A stretch of DNA of 64,000 nucleotides. It comes from the human T2T-CHM13v2.0 reference genome, Homo sapiens. Both the position numbers and the translations under genes were made by a program. The first letter of the stretch is position 1. Every line of letters begins with the position of its first letter. Below the pieces are notes generated by a model, which was not told the origin of the DNA, made no database searches, and worked only from the letters and a program-made list of their open reading frames with translations. The DNA lies in contig CP068257.2 in assembly GCA_009914755.4 (NCBI GenBank), positions 23,200,001 through 23,264,000 of the forward strand, given 5' to 3'. Below are positions 25,697-41,009 of this stretch, one piece after another.

Positions 25697-27674
25697 CTAA
25701 AAAGAAAAGCTACAGTCCATATTGACACTAGCATAGAACAAGTGTGTTTTTCTGTTTAATAACAACTATGTCAGCATAAAATTTTCTCTGTGTAAATCCT
25801 GTCAATTTTTGTATGAGAGCAAGAACAGTAAATCAAGCATAAAATATCTCAGATTATTTATAGATTCTAAAATTCCCTTCCTGTTTTATATGCTCAATAA
25901 ACTAAATGTTTTTGTTGTCCATATGGGAGCCTTATGAAAACAAACTGAAGAACAGACTTAAGATGTTATCGACTGTAATGAATAACAATTACATATGGAC
26001 TCATTTGTAGAGTACTCCAAAAAATAAAGGTTACCAAGAAATATACTAAGTGTTTACATTTTTCTAAGAAATATACCAATAACTAATTTTCTATGTTCTG
26101 TCAAATTTTTAAAGAGGTAAATGAAAAATAAAAAAGAATAAAAGTAAGTGAATAAAATGACAGAAAGGAAATATTTGGGGGAAAAGATGAAATAAGAAAA
26201 ACAATGAGTTGATAACTATTGAAGCTGAATGATGGGCCCAGAGGATCATTGTACCATTTTGTCTGTTTTTGACTGGTTGAAACTTTCCACAATAAAAAAT
26301 TTAAAATACAATAGTAAATTGCAAATTATTAAAGTCAAGATGTATGAGAGAGAGAAAATGACAATACCTTTAAAGAAAAAAATCTAGAAAAATAATCATC
26401 TCTTGGTATAGAAATATCTTAAAAATATGATTAAAAAGCCATATTGACAGGATGATACAATTTACTTATTTAAAATTTTAATCATCTCTGTCAAAAAAAG
26501 AATAGAAAAACAATTATGAAAATTGACAACTTGAGGAAAAACTTGGTTCAATTATAAGGGACTTTTACTATTCATAATAAAAGGTTTCTAAAAACTAATA
26601 GATATATGACATCCAGTTAGAAAACTGGCCAAAGAATATTGAACAGAAAATATCCCGAAGAACATATCCAAGTTTGCATGTATACACCACAATGATGACA
26701 CTGGCTAATTCTGGGAAGGTAAATAAGATACATAAGGCGACTCAAGGGACATATTGGCATCTTCTGCAATTTTTACAAATGTTTTTAAAAAAATAATAAA
26801 ATTAATTTTGTTATTTAAGCAGTGTAATAAATATAATAAATATATTTATTATAAAAATAATACTATAGGTATGCAATTTTTATAATAAATAGGTGATTTA
26901 AAATTATATATATTTTAAAAATTGTACTAGTCTATAAAGATAATTTTGAAAAGTTCAATAACAAGAACCACAGATTTGATTTGTTTAAAAAACATAAATT
27001 ATAAACATTGGCTGATAATGTAGAACACCTACATTGTACTGAAAAATAAAAATGTCAAAGAGAAACCTACCCATAAAAACAAAAGTCACAGAAACACCCT
27101 CACCTATATCCCCAAGATCTCAGGTCCAGAGGCTTTTATGTGAGTATTTAAAAGTTAATAAAGAAGGGAAAATATTCATGGTATTCAGTGATCCTAGGAT
27201 TACATGATACAAATCCGCTCAATTACTCTTCTAAACTCAACTTAAAGACAAACATTTACAATGATAATATAATAAAATGTCTGGATTCATTTAATTTATT
27301 AAAGAGACATGCAAAAACCTGACATAATATACTATCAAATTTGGTTCAAATATATATTAAAAGGATAATCCATGGTGATGAGAAGGATTTGCTATAAGAA
27401 TGTAAAAATGACTTAGTGTTAGAAAATCTGGAAATACCGTGATACATTAAGTGTGGCGGTTAGGAGTTAAAATGAAAGTGACAGCTCAATTCTGATGCTA
27501 GTGACTAGAAATCCAAATTGTCAGGCAATCAGCAGTAACTCCAGACTCTGCTTACCTATAGTGCTAGAGACCTAAATATTGTCAGGATTGCCTTCATATG
27601 TTTGAGTTGTTGCAGGAATAAGTTTATAGATTTCAGTTATTTATGCCAGTAAAGAAAGCAGTTGCTGACACTGA

Positions 27675-27835
27675 AACACAGATGCTCCTTGACTTATGAT
27701 AGGGTCACATCCAGATAAACCCACTGTAAGCTGAAAATTTCCTAAGTCAAAAATACGCTTAATAACCCAATAAATTCAACGCGAAGTTGAAAAATCATTA
27801 ACAAACCATTACAAGTTGGAGATTATCTGCTTACC
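27675..27835 (+). mobile_element. Tigger-like (TcMar) DNA transposon fragment
   Basis: 'gatgctccttgacttatgatagggtcacatccagataaacccactgtaagctgaaaatttcctaagtcaaaaatacgcttaat...' resembles the Tigger motif 'ctccttgacttacgatggggttacgtcccgataaacccatcgtaagttgaaaatatcgtaagtcgaaaatgcatttaat'. The extent is uncertain. Confidence 0.45.
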
Positions 27836-29449
27836 TAAGGGTAAAAAATAGGATCGTGGAAATTATGCAGCATGTTAGTATGTAAATACTTTTTTCTTAA
27901 TCACAATCTTATTGCATAACACTTGAAAATCCCTTGGGTCAAACTACACAGGTTCAGCTATGTAATCAACACTTTACTTGATGTCCTAAGCTACTTAGAG
28001 TAAAATCTTAGAACCACTTGAAAAAAAAAAAAAAAAGTCATAGGCAGTTCATTCTGGAAAAAAGCAAAACCAGCTATTGAAATAAAGACACCAAGAGAAT
28101 TACTTAATACATTAATCATTCAACTTTCCCTTCTGTCTAGATCTGGTTTGTCAAGAATTGTGGAGGCTCTGAGATTTTAGTCTGTTTTCTATTGATAAAA
28201 TAACCTACCGCAATTTTATAGACACTGGCAGAGCCCATTAGAGTTTTTATTCACAACAATAGCAGTAAACAGATTAACATCTTTGCTTGGGTTGACTCAA
28301 TCCCAATTTTCACATGAATGATGGTCAGACGTGCCAGCACACGCAGTGAGGTGCGTTACTGGGGAAGAATATTAGGAAGATGTGATCTTATTAAAAGGGC
28401 TGTTAGCAAACCTGCCCAATCTCTAGAAGAAGAGTTATTTAATATTTATGATCCTGGAAGGTAACCAAATCTTCTCCAAAAGGGCACATTATCTTTACCT
28501 TCAAATTCTTCCAATAATGCCAACGGCATTCGAAAGATACCCTGGAGAAAATTTGCCGATAAATCTTTTGCCAGCAAGATGGGGCAGAAATATTAGAGAT
28601 CCATGAAGAATTGTCTTGGAATACAGACCCTTGCCTACCTTCATAAATAAATTTTTGTTGCAACAGAATCACACTCATTCACTTATGCATAGGCTGTGGC
28701 TACTTTTACATATCAACAGCACCGTTGAGCAGCTGCAACAGAGACTGTGTGGCACACAAAGGATAAAATATTACTATCCGAATTTTTAAAAACATATTGA
28801 TACATGTGTTAGAAAGCAGACTAAATATAAACAAGATCACAGCAATATAGAAAGGCTCCACATGTCTCACTGAAGTTTCCTTCTTTCCTGGTAGCATTAG
28901 CTAACTTAAAATATATAAGCCACTCTCACATAAATAAAGATCCAATATCAACTAAATCTGTGTTTTAGGAAGCCATAATCCTGGTTTGTATGAATATAAA
29001 TCTGAAAATCACATACACTTTTTCTATACTTTTCATGGCAAAGAATGTGTTCAATTTGTATTTCTAAATTTAAAAATAATTTAATTATATCTATTGTTAA
29101 CCTTTAAATTTTATAATTATAACTCAATTATTCTTTGATTTAATATCAATTATGATCTTTAAAATAAATAAAATGCAACAGTAAATTTTTTAAATATAGA
29201 AATAAATATATAATTCATTGTTAGATCTGTTGTAGAAAAATTGCTCCCCATTGTGCCAAGCCAATGGTGGTGCTACAGTGTTCTATAATAGGCAATTAAA
29301 AGTTCTTGTTGAACAAATTGATGTGTGTACCATAGGGTGACAAAGACTGTATTCATTGCAAAATGATGTTGCCCATACATCCATATCAATATGAAATTAA
29401 AATTAATTTAACAACTAAAATGTGCATATTTTAATAAATTATATCAACT

Positions 29450-32245
29450 TTTACTTTAGATGCAGGGAGTACATTTGCAGATTTGTTACATGAGCATATT
29501 GTGTGTGAGATTTGTGGTCTGGATGATCCTCTCACTCAGGTAGTGAACATAGCACCCATTAGGTAGTTTTTCAACCTTTACTCCCCTTTCTTCTTCTCCT
29601 TTCTAGTCGTCCCCAGTGTATGTTGTTGACATCTTTGCATCCATGAGTACCAAATGTTTATCTCCTACTTCTAAGTGAGAACATTTGTCTGTCACTGCGT
29701 TAATTCCTTTAGGATTATGGCCTCCAGCTACATTCATGTTGCTGCAAAAGACATAATTTCATTATTTTTTATAGCTGCCTAATATTCCATTATGTATATG
29801 TACCACATTTTCTTTATCCAATCCACTCAAGTTGATGAACACCTAGGCTGATTCCATGTCTTTGCTACTGTGAATAGTGTTGCAATGAGCATAGAAGTCT
29901 GTGTCTTTTTGGTAGAACCATTCATTTTCCTGTGTGTATATCCCCACTAGTGGGATTGCTGGGTCAAATGGTAGCTCTGTTTTAAGTTTTTTGAGAAAAT
30001 TCCAAACTGCTTTTCACAGTGGCTGAACTAATTTCCGTTCCTACCAACAGTATGTAGGTATCATCTTTTCTCTGCAGTCTCACAGGCCTCTGCATTTTTT
30101 GACATTTTAGTAACAGTCACTCTGACTGGTGGGAAATGGTATCTCCTTGCAATTTTGATTTGCATTTTACTGATGATTAATGATGTTGAACATTTTTTCA
30201 TATGTTTACTGGCCATGTGTATGCCATCTTTTGAGAAGTGTCTGTTCATGGCCTTTGCCCACTTTTTAATGGGGTTATTTGTTTTTTGTGTGTTTAATTG
30301 TTTAAGTTCCTTATAGATTCTGGATGTTAGACTTTTGTTGGATGCATAGGTTGTGAATATTTTCTCCCATTCCATGGGTTGTTTACTCTGTTGATAATTT
30401 CTTTTGCTGTGCAGAAGCACTTAATTAGGTCCCACTTGTCAATTTTTGGTTCTGTTGTCATTGCTCTTGAGGACAGTCATTACGACTTTTCCAAGGCCAA
30501 TGTTCTCAATGATATTTCCTACACTTTCTTCTGGGATTTTTATAGTTTGAGATTTTTCATTTAAATCTTTATATCTTTAACGCATTTTGAGTTATTTATT
30601 TAATGTGCTGAAAGGTAAAGATCTAGTTTCACTCTTCTGCTTGCTAGTTATTCCAGCACCATTTATTGAACTGGGGTTCTTTTCCTATTGCTTATTTTTG
30701 TCATCTTTTTCAAAAACCAGATGGTTCTGGGTGTCTGGCTTTATTTCTGAATTCTCTATTCTATTTCATTGGTCTATGTGTCTGTTTCTGTAACAGTAGT
30801 ATGCTGTTTTGATTACTGTAGCTTTATAGTATAGTTTGAAGTAGGCTAATGTGATGCCTCTGTCTTTGTTCTTTTTACTTAGGATTGCTTTGGCAATCTG
30901 GGCTCTTCTAATTCTGTGAAAAATTACGTTGGTAATTTGATAGAAACAACATTGGACCTGTAGAGTGCTTTGGTCAGTATGGTCACTAACAATATTGATT
31001 CTTTCAATCCATGAGCATGGGATATTTTTCCATTTGTTTGTGTCATCTATAATTTCTTTTAGCCATGTTTTGTAATTATCCTTGTAGAGATCTTTCACCT
31101 TCTTGGTTACATGTATTCCTAGGTATTTTGTGTGTGTAGCTGTTGTATATGTGATTGTGTTCTTGATTTCACTCTCAGCTTGAATGTTTCTGGTGTGTAG
31201 AAATGTTATGATTTTTGTACTCTTATTTTGTATCCTAAAACTTTACTCAAGTTGTTTATCAGTTCTAGGATTTTTTTTGGTAGAATCTATAGGATTTTCT
31301 AGGTATAGAATCATACTTTCAGTGAAGAAAGATAATTTGACTTCTTTTCTTATTTGGATGCCTTTTATTTCTTTCTCTTGCCTGACTGCTCTGACTAGGA
31401 CTTCCCATAGAATGTTGAATACCAGTGGTGAGAGTGGGCTTTCTTGTCTTATTTCTATTCTCAAAGGTAATGTTTCCAGCTTTTGCTCACTCAATATAAT
31501 GTTGGCTATAGATTTATCTTATATGGCTCTTATTGTTTTAGGTAAATTCCTTCAATGCCTAGTTTGTTGAGGTTTTTATCATGAAGGGATGTTCAGTTGT
31601 ATCAAAAGATTTTTTCTGCATCTATTGAGATGCTCACATGGTTTTTATTTTAAATTCTGTTTGCATGATGAATTACATTTATTGATTTTCACATGTTAAA
31701 TCAATTTTTCATCTCAAGAATAAAGCCTACCTGATTACAGCAAATTAACTTTTTGATATGCTGCTGGAATAGGTTTGCCTGTACTTTGTTCAGGATTTTT
31801 GCATCTATATTCAACAGGGATTTTGTCCAGTAGTTTTTTTGTGTGTCTTTGCCAGATTTTGGTATAATATTGAAGCTGCCTTTGTAGAATGATTTAGGGA
31901 GAAGTGCTTTCTTCTCAATTGTCGGGAATAGTTTCTGCAGAATTGGTACTAGCTTTTCTTTGTATGCCTAGAATAATTCAGCTATGGATCCATCTGGTAA
32001 AGGGCTTTTTTTCATTGGTAGGTTTTTTTTTTTTACTGATACAATTTTGGAACTTGATAATAATCTATTTAGGGTTTAAATTTCTTTTTGATTCAATCTT
32101 GGAAGTTTGTGTTTCCAGGAATTTATCCATCTTCTCTAGATTTTCTAGTTTGTGTGCTTAGAGGTGTTCATAATAGTCTCTGAGGATCTTTTCTATTTCT
32201 GTGGGATTGGTTGTAATATCACTGTTGTCATTTTTGATTGCACAA
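29450..32245 (-). mobile_element. L1 (L1PA/L1PB-type), ~2.8 kb 3' portion covering the ORF2 RT domain to the 3' UTR, antisense; 5'-truncated and frame-disrupted
   Basis: Continuous reverse-complement L1: 'tttactttagatgcagggagtacatttgcagatttgttacatgag...gtaagtgagaacatttgtctgtcactgcg...cactagtgggattgctgggtcaaatggtagc...gtgaatattttctcccattccatgggttg...ctgttttgattactgtagctttatagtatagtttgaagtaggctaatgtgatgcctc...' The minus-strand ORFs 30061-30420, 30766-31098 and 31243-31494 translate to L1 ORF2 segments (…[57 protein letters not shown]…; …[52 protein letters not shown]…). Confidence 0.9.
30061..31494 (-). pseudogene. L1 ORF2 remnants (RT 'FADDM/YLENP'-region and C-terminal domain) in three broken ORFs
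   Basis: See the peptides listed for 29450-32245. Multiple frameshifts and stops separate the pieces; none is a host gene. Confidence 0.85.
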
Positions 32246-33149
32246 ATTTTTATATCTTATATATGCTATAATATATGCTTAAAAATCATATTTAAAGTAA
32301 TGAGATAAAGACAATGATTTTAAATATTGTGTATAAGCATAAACACTTGATTTGAAATACTTCATTAATTTTTGAAATTCCTTTATAATCCAGTGATTTG
32401 AACTTTTTTAAAGCTGTAGGAACTGGGGAAAAACCAAGCAAACACAGAGATCCAAGTGGAAGAACCTCCTCCTTGTCCGTGCTTATGGAATCATACTAAT
32501 TTATTTACCAATTTTACCTACTGGCTTTACAAATGATTTTGTTGAACTTATGCAATTAAATGTCAACATTCTCTAAAGTCAACTGTATGTTGTTGGGGAA
32601 AAAGAAGAAAAAAACAAAAATTCTTTTTAAAGAATTTTTATTATACTAAAAGTTTCAAACATTAAAATTTTAAGTTATAAGATTTTTATATTTAACTCAC
32701 TGTAGTGTTTATGGCAACTAAACAGTACAACTAGAAAAATATTTTTAAACGGAAGTTTATATCTATAGCATGAGTTTCTTTCAAGAAGAAAGTTATGTTC
32801 TTAATTATTGTTAAGATGTTGGCTTTGCTTTGAGTGGTGCTTCTGTATGTGTATTTCTGTGTGCCTGAAAGTTGGGTATGTGTATGTGTGATTTAATATA
32901 TGCAGCATAGCAAAATACTATTGACTCTTTTTTATAGAAGTGCCTACAAAATCAAAATAATTGGATTTTTCTTTTTATAATACATTTTAAAAATTGCCTA
33001 ATTTCATTTGATATCTAAAAATTTCTTACCACAGAATAATTACTGTGTGATATGAAATAGCTTATACTCATATTTATTCTTTATATTATCTTTTAAAGTG
33101 TCTCCTACATAAAACCTTAATTTTTAATTTTTAAAATTGTTTGTGGGTT

Positions 33150-33412
33150 CATAGTATTTATTTATGGGGTATACTGGATATTTTGATGCAGGCATACAAT
33201 GTGTAATAATCACATCAGGGTAAATGGGTATTAATCACTTCAGACATTTATTTTTTGTGTTATAAACAATCCAAATGTATAATTAAATTACTCTTAATAT
33301 TAACCATATCATCCTGTTGTGCTATCAAATACTAGATCTTATTTATTCTTCTAACTATTTTTTGTATCTATTAACCACCCCACCTATCCCCTTCCACTAT
33401 CTCACAGTCTGG
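33150..33412 (-). mobile_element. L1 (L1PB/L1MA-type) 3' UTR fragment, antisense
   Basis: 'ggggtatactggatattttgatgcaggcatacaatgtgtaataatcacatcagggtaaatgggtattaatcacttcagacatttattttttgtgttataaacaatccaaatgtataattaaattactcttaatattaaccatatcatcctgttgtgctatcaaatactagatcttatttattcttctaactattttttgtatctattaaccaccccacc' parallels the L1 3' UTR antisense ('...gtacaattaaattattgttgactatagtcaccctgttgtgctatcaaatactagatcttattcattctatctaactatatttttgtacccattaaccatccccac...'). Confidence 0.7.
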
Positions 33413-35094
33413 AAAGGGTAAAAATCTTATATTTAAAAACATAAGAACACATCTATTCCACAGTGCAGAAATAAAAATGCATTGCAGTATGAAGGAAGCT
33501 CATTAACACATGAAGGTGTCAATTATAACCCTTGCGCTGTGATTTTCCCTGTGTTTCCTCCAGAAGCCTAAATCTAGGCCATGTGACCCTCTGGCATCTG
33601 TAATGAGTGAAAGTGGTAGTGTCAATCCTTATTCTGAACATTAGTAAATATTAATGCTTCAACTTTTCCTTTTAGGCAAAAAATACACATGAAAGTCTAA
33701 GTTTTTTCTCACACCATTGACTTCTCTGCATATAATTTCTCCTTTTGGGGATGACTACATGGATACAGTAAACTATTACCTATAGGACTGTTTTAAAAAT
33801 CACATTGGGCTTTTAAAATATTTTCATAATTAAACATTTCATAAGTACATATTTTTTCATAAGTAGATATTTTCATAATCATATGGAAATATATACATCA
33901 ATGTTGAGGATCAAAATTGTATCCTTTGGGCTATATAAATAGGACTTCTGGTTTGAGACTAATTATGTGACAGAGGTTTTGGCAGGATACTTTAATCTTT
34001 AGGTGACATATTGTTTCCAAGGTTCTATCTTTTGTAAGAAATACACATTTGTTACATCAGAAGCTATATTTCAGGAGCTGGGCGTTGTGTTGATTTGCTA
34101 AAGCAGATGACCAATATGAAATGGAATTGCTACAAATGATCCTGGTGAAAGGATAATCAAGTGTTATTCCCCAGTTCCCACTGTTTTCTGTCCAGATAAA
34201 ACATATATGTCAAATGGAGATTTATAGATATTTTCACCTTTCTTACATTTTTGATAGTGGAATAATCGCTTATGTGGGACATAGGTTTATCTTCCCCAAA
34301 ATACTATTGGACTTACTGAGTGTCTCTTTGGCAATCATGATGGCCCATACAGTGTTGCTTTATACCATGAAAATTGCCTTCTAGCAAAATTGATTCTCAC
34401 AGAATTAATTGATATCATCATATCCTCTATCACTCTGGTATAGATGACCTTATAAAATAATACGTTTGAATACTGAAGACAATTCCAGCACCAGCTAGAA
34501 GACACCTTGTAAGTGTGGATGTGATATATGCACTGAACCATGAAGTACAATTGTAAGGAGAGTGTTAATACATCTTTCTGTATTGAAAAAAATAACTGCA
34601 GACTTAGGCAGGATTTATATCTTATTATAAAATCTCTGGACATGGAAGAATTTCAGTTCCCTAAGTTAGCAGCTGTATCAGGTAATAAATTATTTACAAA
34701 ATATTATCAACTAACTTTAGATAGCACAACTGTTCCATTGATAGGTACATGTATTTTTATTTTTAATAAGATAGAAGTTTACCTGTCTCACACAGAATAT
34801 AAATCTATTAGTTTATGCATATCCCCATATTCCATCTACTGTTATTTGATACTTAGTACTTCACAACACTGTCTTAGATGGCTCCAACCATCTCATTCAC
34901 ATTAGCAGCGGGAAAGGGGAAGAGGTGAATAAAGATGTGGCCTATCTTTTATTTTTATGTCAGCCTTTTTATAACAAAGATAAGTGATGTACAGAAAAGT
35001 GCACACATTTACGTGTACAACTTGATGATTTCTTACAAAAAATGCACGTAACTATTTCCCAGATTATTAAAATATTAATAGCAACTGTCTTTTT

Positions 35095-35430
35095 CCAGTG
35101 CTATAACAGAATATCACAGGTTGGGTAATTTATAAACAACAGAAGTGTGTTTCTCACCGTTCTGAAGACTGGGAAGTCCAAGATCAAGGCATCGGCTTTC
35201 CAGCTGGTGAAGGTCTTCTTGCTTCATTCTCACATGGCAGAAAGTAGAGAGGCAAGAAGGTCTAAACGGCTCCTGCACACTCATTTTATAAAGATATTAA
35301 TTCCATTCAACAGGACAGCGCTCTCATGGTCTAATCTCTTCCCCAAATATCCCACCTCTTAAGACTACCATAATGAGGATTACATTCCGATGTGAATTTT
35401 GAGAAGGACACAAACATCTAAACCATAGCA
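35095..35430 (+). mobile_element. MaLR LTR, MLT1-like (solo)
   Basis: 'ggtaatttataaacaacagaagtgtgtttctcaccgttctgaagactgggaagtccaagatcaaggcatcggctttccagctggtgaaggtcttcttgcttcattctcacatggcagaaagtagagaggcaag...ctcattttataaagatattaattccattcaacagg...gattacattccgatgtgaattttgagaaggacacaaacatctaaaccatagca'. Confidence 0.65.
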
Positions 35431-36147
35431 GCAACCAAGAAGCTTTGTTTATGCCTTCCCCATACTAATCAAAAAAACCAAAAACAATAAAAAAACCAAA
35501 CCCACAACTTCTAAATTTCCAGGATCAAAAAAACAAATCCACAAACTTCTAAATTTATTCTAACAATATAGATTAGTTAGTATCTGGCTCATTTAAATCA
35601 AAGTTTTCAATGTTTACCAAAACCTTGCATGTAGAAGCAGTATGTTCATTTATTTGATGTTTAATATACATTGCTTTAATATACTAGCTTATATAATTAT
35701 TACAATTTTGATAAATTGGATATCTGAGATTTTTCAGATTTCAATGATTATAATTAATGGTGGTATAAATACTTTTGTTTATATCTTCTTTCAGAGATAT
35801 TTATTTCTTTTCAGTGTACACTTAGAAGTCAAATAGCTGTGTCATGGAAGATGTGTATGCTTCATGGGAATAGATATTGCCAAAGCCTCTTTTAAAGGAG
35901 TTGTACCAATTTACATTCCTACCAACAGTACATGAGAGTTTCAGTTTCTCCAAGTCCTCAGAGATTAGCTGACAAGGATTTTATCGTATCTTATAAATAT
36001 ATTCATAAACATAGGGATAAATGTACTATCATGAGTGAACACATTCAGAGTAACAGCAGATAAATGAAAACTATATGAAAGAGTAAATGTAAATTCTATA
36101 ACAGAAGTACAATATCTTAAATTTAAAATGTACTAGACTGGCTTCTT

Positions 36148-36489
<342 letters not shown>

Positions 36490-37121
36490 TAGATTGGCTT
36501 CTTAACACCATATTGGAGATGCCAGGAAAAGGGTCTGGGAATTTGAAGGCAGATCAACAGAAATTATCTAACCGGAATCCTCTCACAATTCTTAAGATAG
36601 ATCAACAGATTCAATCTACCAGATTCTGTCTAATCTAAGACAGGAAAAAACAAAGTCGTGAATTCTGTAATCTCTGGGACATTAAGCAAGAGATCTGACA
36701 TATCCATAACTGAAATTCTATGAGGACAGGAGATAGAATAGAGAAGAAGAAAAACTGAAGAAAGAGGGGGGCTAAAAGTTTCCTAAATTTGAAAATGCAA
36801 ACTTACAAATTGAAAACAAACAAAAAAACCCAGCGAACCTCACAAAAAAAAAGCAAAACAAACAAACAAAAAAAACCCACACACGCCTAGACCCATCATA
36901 GTTATACAGCTAAAAACCAAAGATGAACATGAAACCTGGAAACGGTCAGAATCAAACAGCCCATTACAGAAAGGGAAGGAAATAATCTCAGCTGACTTCT
37001 GCTGATATACAATAGATGCCAAAATACAGTGGAGCAATATCTTTTAAAGTTTTGGTGTTGGGGTGGCTAGCTCCAGATTTCTATATACAGTGAAAATATC
37101 CTTTTAAAATAAAGGAAAATA

Positions 37122-37234
37122 GGCTGGGTGCTGTGTTTCATGCCTGTAATCCCAGCACTTTGGAAACCCGAGGAAGGCGGATCATTTGAGGTCAGGAGTT
37201 TGAGACTAGCCTGGCCAACATGGTGAAACCTCAT
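37122..37234 (+). mobile_element. Alu left-arm fragment (3'-truncated), abutting a simple repeat
   Basis: 'aggctgggtgctgtgtttcatgcctgtaatcccagcactttggaaacccgaggaaggcggatcatttgaggtcaggagtttgagactagcctggccaacatggtgaaacctcat'. Confidence 0.8.
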
Positions 37235-37378
37235 ATTTTTTTATGTGTATTTATTTATATTTATTTTATTATAAGTTTATATATATTTTTATATATGTTT
37301 ATATATATTTTATATATTTATATATACGTATATATATACGTATATATATATATATATATATACACATATATATAAATG
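37235..37378. repeat. AT-rich low-complexity region / (TA)n-(TATAYG)n simple repeat
   Basis: 'atttttttatgtgtatttatttatatttattttattataagtttatatatatttttatatatgtttatatatattttatatatttatatatacgtatatatatacgtatatatatatatatatatatacacatatatataaatg'. Confidence 0.85.
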
Positions 37379-37523
37379 TGAACAGCCACTAGCTGTTCAC
37401 ATTTTCATCAGCTAAGCACCGGATAAGTGAAGAAGTCTTCAAAATGACTGTAACCACAGCTGCTTTCTGATTTTAGCCTCAAGAGGGACCTCATGAAACT
37501 CTCAGCCAGAAAATCCCACTTGA

Positions 37524-37817
<294 letters not shown>

Positions 37818-40133
37818 TGAGGTAGAAAATGTTTGTATCATCAAAAAAGACATGCACCATATACGTGTGCAGATGATTATGATGAGAAGAATGTGGGGTC
37901 TATTACCAGTTATATATGAATTCAAGGGTATCATAAGAACTCTGAACTACCAAGTGTGGTTAAAAAAAAGAGAAACAACTGGTCTATTGCCTGCCTATGA
38001 TATAAGCAGAGTCTCTCCTGTAGTCAAGGAGAAATCATGATTAAGATTTGCAGCTCTATGGAATCAGAATCAAGGCAAGGGCAGCTTTTACACTCTGATG
38101 GAAGACTAATTCATGTCTGAAGTTTGTGGCATAGTTAATTTTTTACTGCTCTTGCTAGGGTGAATGATATGATACTGTAAGTCTTCTGCACATTTATCAC
38201 ATGGAATCTTTCCTTTAGAAGTGTAAAAAACATACAGAATTCAATACTTGAACATACATATTAAAATATATAAATACACATTAAAATATGTAAATACATG
38301 TATTTTTTAATATTCATACTAAAAATTAGGCAACTAATAGTAACAATTTAAAACCCTACTATTTGAATGAAAAACTATCGTAGCAATATTTTAAGTTACC
38401 AGAGAAGTTATTCAAGGTGGTAAGAAGCTCCCTTCAATGGCTATTTGGATAACCTATCAGATTTGTTTTAAACAGCAACAGAAACCCAGTGGATGGAGTC
38501 ACAGGGAGACTGATTTCAAAGATAAGTTTAAATATACATGAAAATGTGAATATGTAACTATGATGAGGACATGCACACATATACACATATGTAGACAAAC
38601 CACACATAATATGTACTGTATATTTATCTGTGTACTTCAGAGCTATTAAAGAAATAGAATGGGATTGTTTAAGAGAAAGCAAGATCTGGCTTAATGGAGA
38701 GTGTTAGATCTGCCTTTTCATCCAAAGATTTGGTTACTCAAGCTGGATCCAGTGAGTGAATCCGCAGTATCACTGTATTCCATTGATGAACTATGGGCTT
38801 AAGGAAATCCATATGTGTAGTTACTCAGACACTTATAAAGGACAAATGTTTACAAGTGTATATTTATGGTCTAGAATCCTCCGCACAAAGCAATATTTTT
38901 ATTTGTTCCTTCTGCACTGTTTTGTCTATCTACCCTCCTCATCTAGCACTTCAGTTAGTTGCCTTTTTCATCATCCTGGGGAATTCTCTTGTGTAAATAC
39001 TCATAACCTGAAGGGAACTCACCCCAAAGAAGTGTCAAAATGCTTATGTGCACTGTGACTATCTTCACCTGCTTAGGGATTGGCTAAAGCTTGAGTTTGC
39101 TATGATGATCTGCTATAAAAATGCTCCCCATAGAGCAACCAACCTGTGAAAGATTACTCAGCCTGCAGATTGCACAAGCTCTCTCATACCAAACACAGTA
39201 TCTCTACTGAGCTAAGCAGCAACAAATATAGCATCTGACATTTACTTACTTAAATCTTAAACATATGCCCACAGGGAGTTTCAAGTAGACACTGAATGAA
39301 TACCTCGTGGTGGAGGTAGAGAAATGTAAAATATCGGATAAATGATGCTTTCACATCTGGATTCTGTGAAGTTCAGTGATTTAATCCATTCTTTGACCTC
39401 AGCTTCAGCACAGTGATTTCTGAATCCAATCCTCTTTCTGTTACACTTTAAACTCTAGGAGTCATTGTTCCCAATTTGTCCACCTATATTGGGAGAAACC
39501 AGTTTGGCTGGAGAAAATACAGCTATCATGATTCCACTTTTTAATTCAAACTGTTACAAATGTAAAACCTGTTAGGATTAAAAGAACACAATCAATCTGT
39601 AAGAAGTGGTGGGTATTTCATCAAATATTAAAAGGTCAAATAGTACTAAGCAATATTCCTACATTAGGAAAATTACTTAAGAAAATTCAATCTACTGGGA
39701 ACTCTTATCTTTGAAATGTTATAAAGGTCATAGAACGAATGATTTAAAAGTATGGCAAACAAATAGTTGTTTATAATTTACTTATCTTGCTGTCTTTTTT
39801 TTAGCGTATGTCACTCCTTTATAAACTACTCTCACTGCAATGAATCACATCTCAAAGATAATTAATAAACTTTTATTTACAAAATATAAAATTATCTTTA
39901 ATTTTCATACAGTGTGGTCTCTGAAATATTTGAAACTATTCGTATCACTTCTTTGAAACCCTTATATATTTGCTTTCTATGACATATGCTCAGTGATTAT
40001 CTTTTTGATCTCTGAAATGTACCTCAATCTATTTGCAGCTTGGAAATACAGCTCCAGAAACCAAGTGGCATGAGCTCTATAATTTATTCACACAGAACTT
40101 CTCACTATGTCCCCTTAAAAAATATGAACTTTT

Positions 40134-40438
<305 letters not shown>

Positions 40439-41009
40439 GAACTTTTGTAAAGTTGCTGATTTCATGGAAATATATTCTTCTTCCTCCCCATACCTTTACA
40501 CCTTTGATTACTGTGTTTACCAAATTCGTAGCCATTTTTCAAGATTTAGTTGATAATTTTCTTTCTCTGTGAGGCCTTTTACTCAAAATGTAAGTCAAAT
40601 TCTACCAGAGAGCCTTATTCCCATGGCATAGCAAAGTCCTGGGCAGATAAGAGACATTCAATTTATGTAATAGATCAAACAAGGGCTTTAGATTCAGAAG
40701 TCCTGGATTTAAATTTTGGCTCTCTTGTGGGTTTGAAATCCTTCTCTGGAAGCCTTTGCTTCTTCATAGAAAACAGAGCTAATAACCACTTTTCTGTAAG
40801 AATTGCATGAGAAAACAGAGGAACATCACCTAGGACAATATCTGGTACTTAGTAGAAGTTCCGTAACCAGTTGCTACTACTGACACTATTATTATTATTT
40901 CTCTGCTCTCCCACCTTTTAAAAAATAATGATAAATAATTAAATATATAGAAATCTTGAAATGTCCTTTCTTTGTGAAGTTGTGTTACCAATCAAGATAA
41001 TCACATCTC

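Noticed and set aside
30061-30420. 119-aa ORF with clear similarity to L1 ORF2; the same applies to 4710-4961, 5043-5294, 5389-5679, 5873-6073, 9207-9449, 30766-31098, 31243-31494 and 51019-51201
   Set aside because: These are genuine but fragmentary L1 ORF2 remnants, out of frame with one another and separated by stops. They are retrotransposon pseudogene debris, not a host or functional gene.
34540-34905. 121-aa ORF, the longest unique-sequence ORF in the window
   Set aside because: AT-rich, lysine/isoleucine/asparagine-biased low-complexity translation with no recognisable domain, no flanking splice or promoter features, and an overlapping opposite-strand ORF. Consistent with chance.
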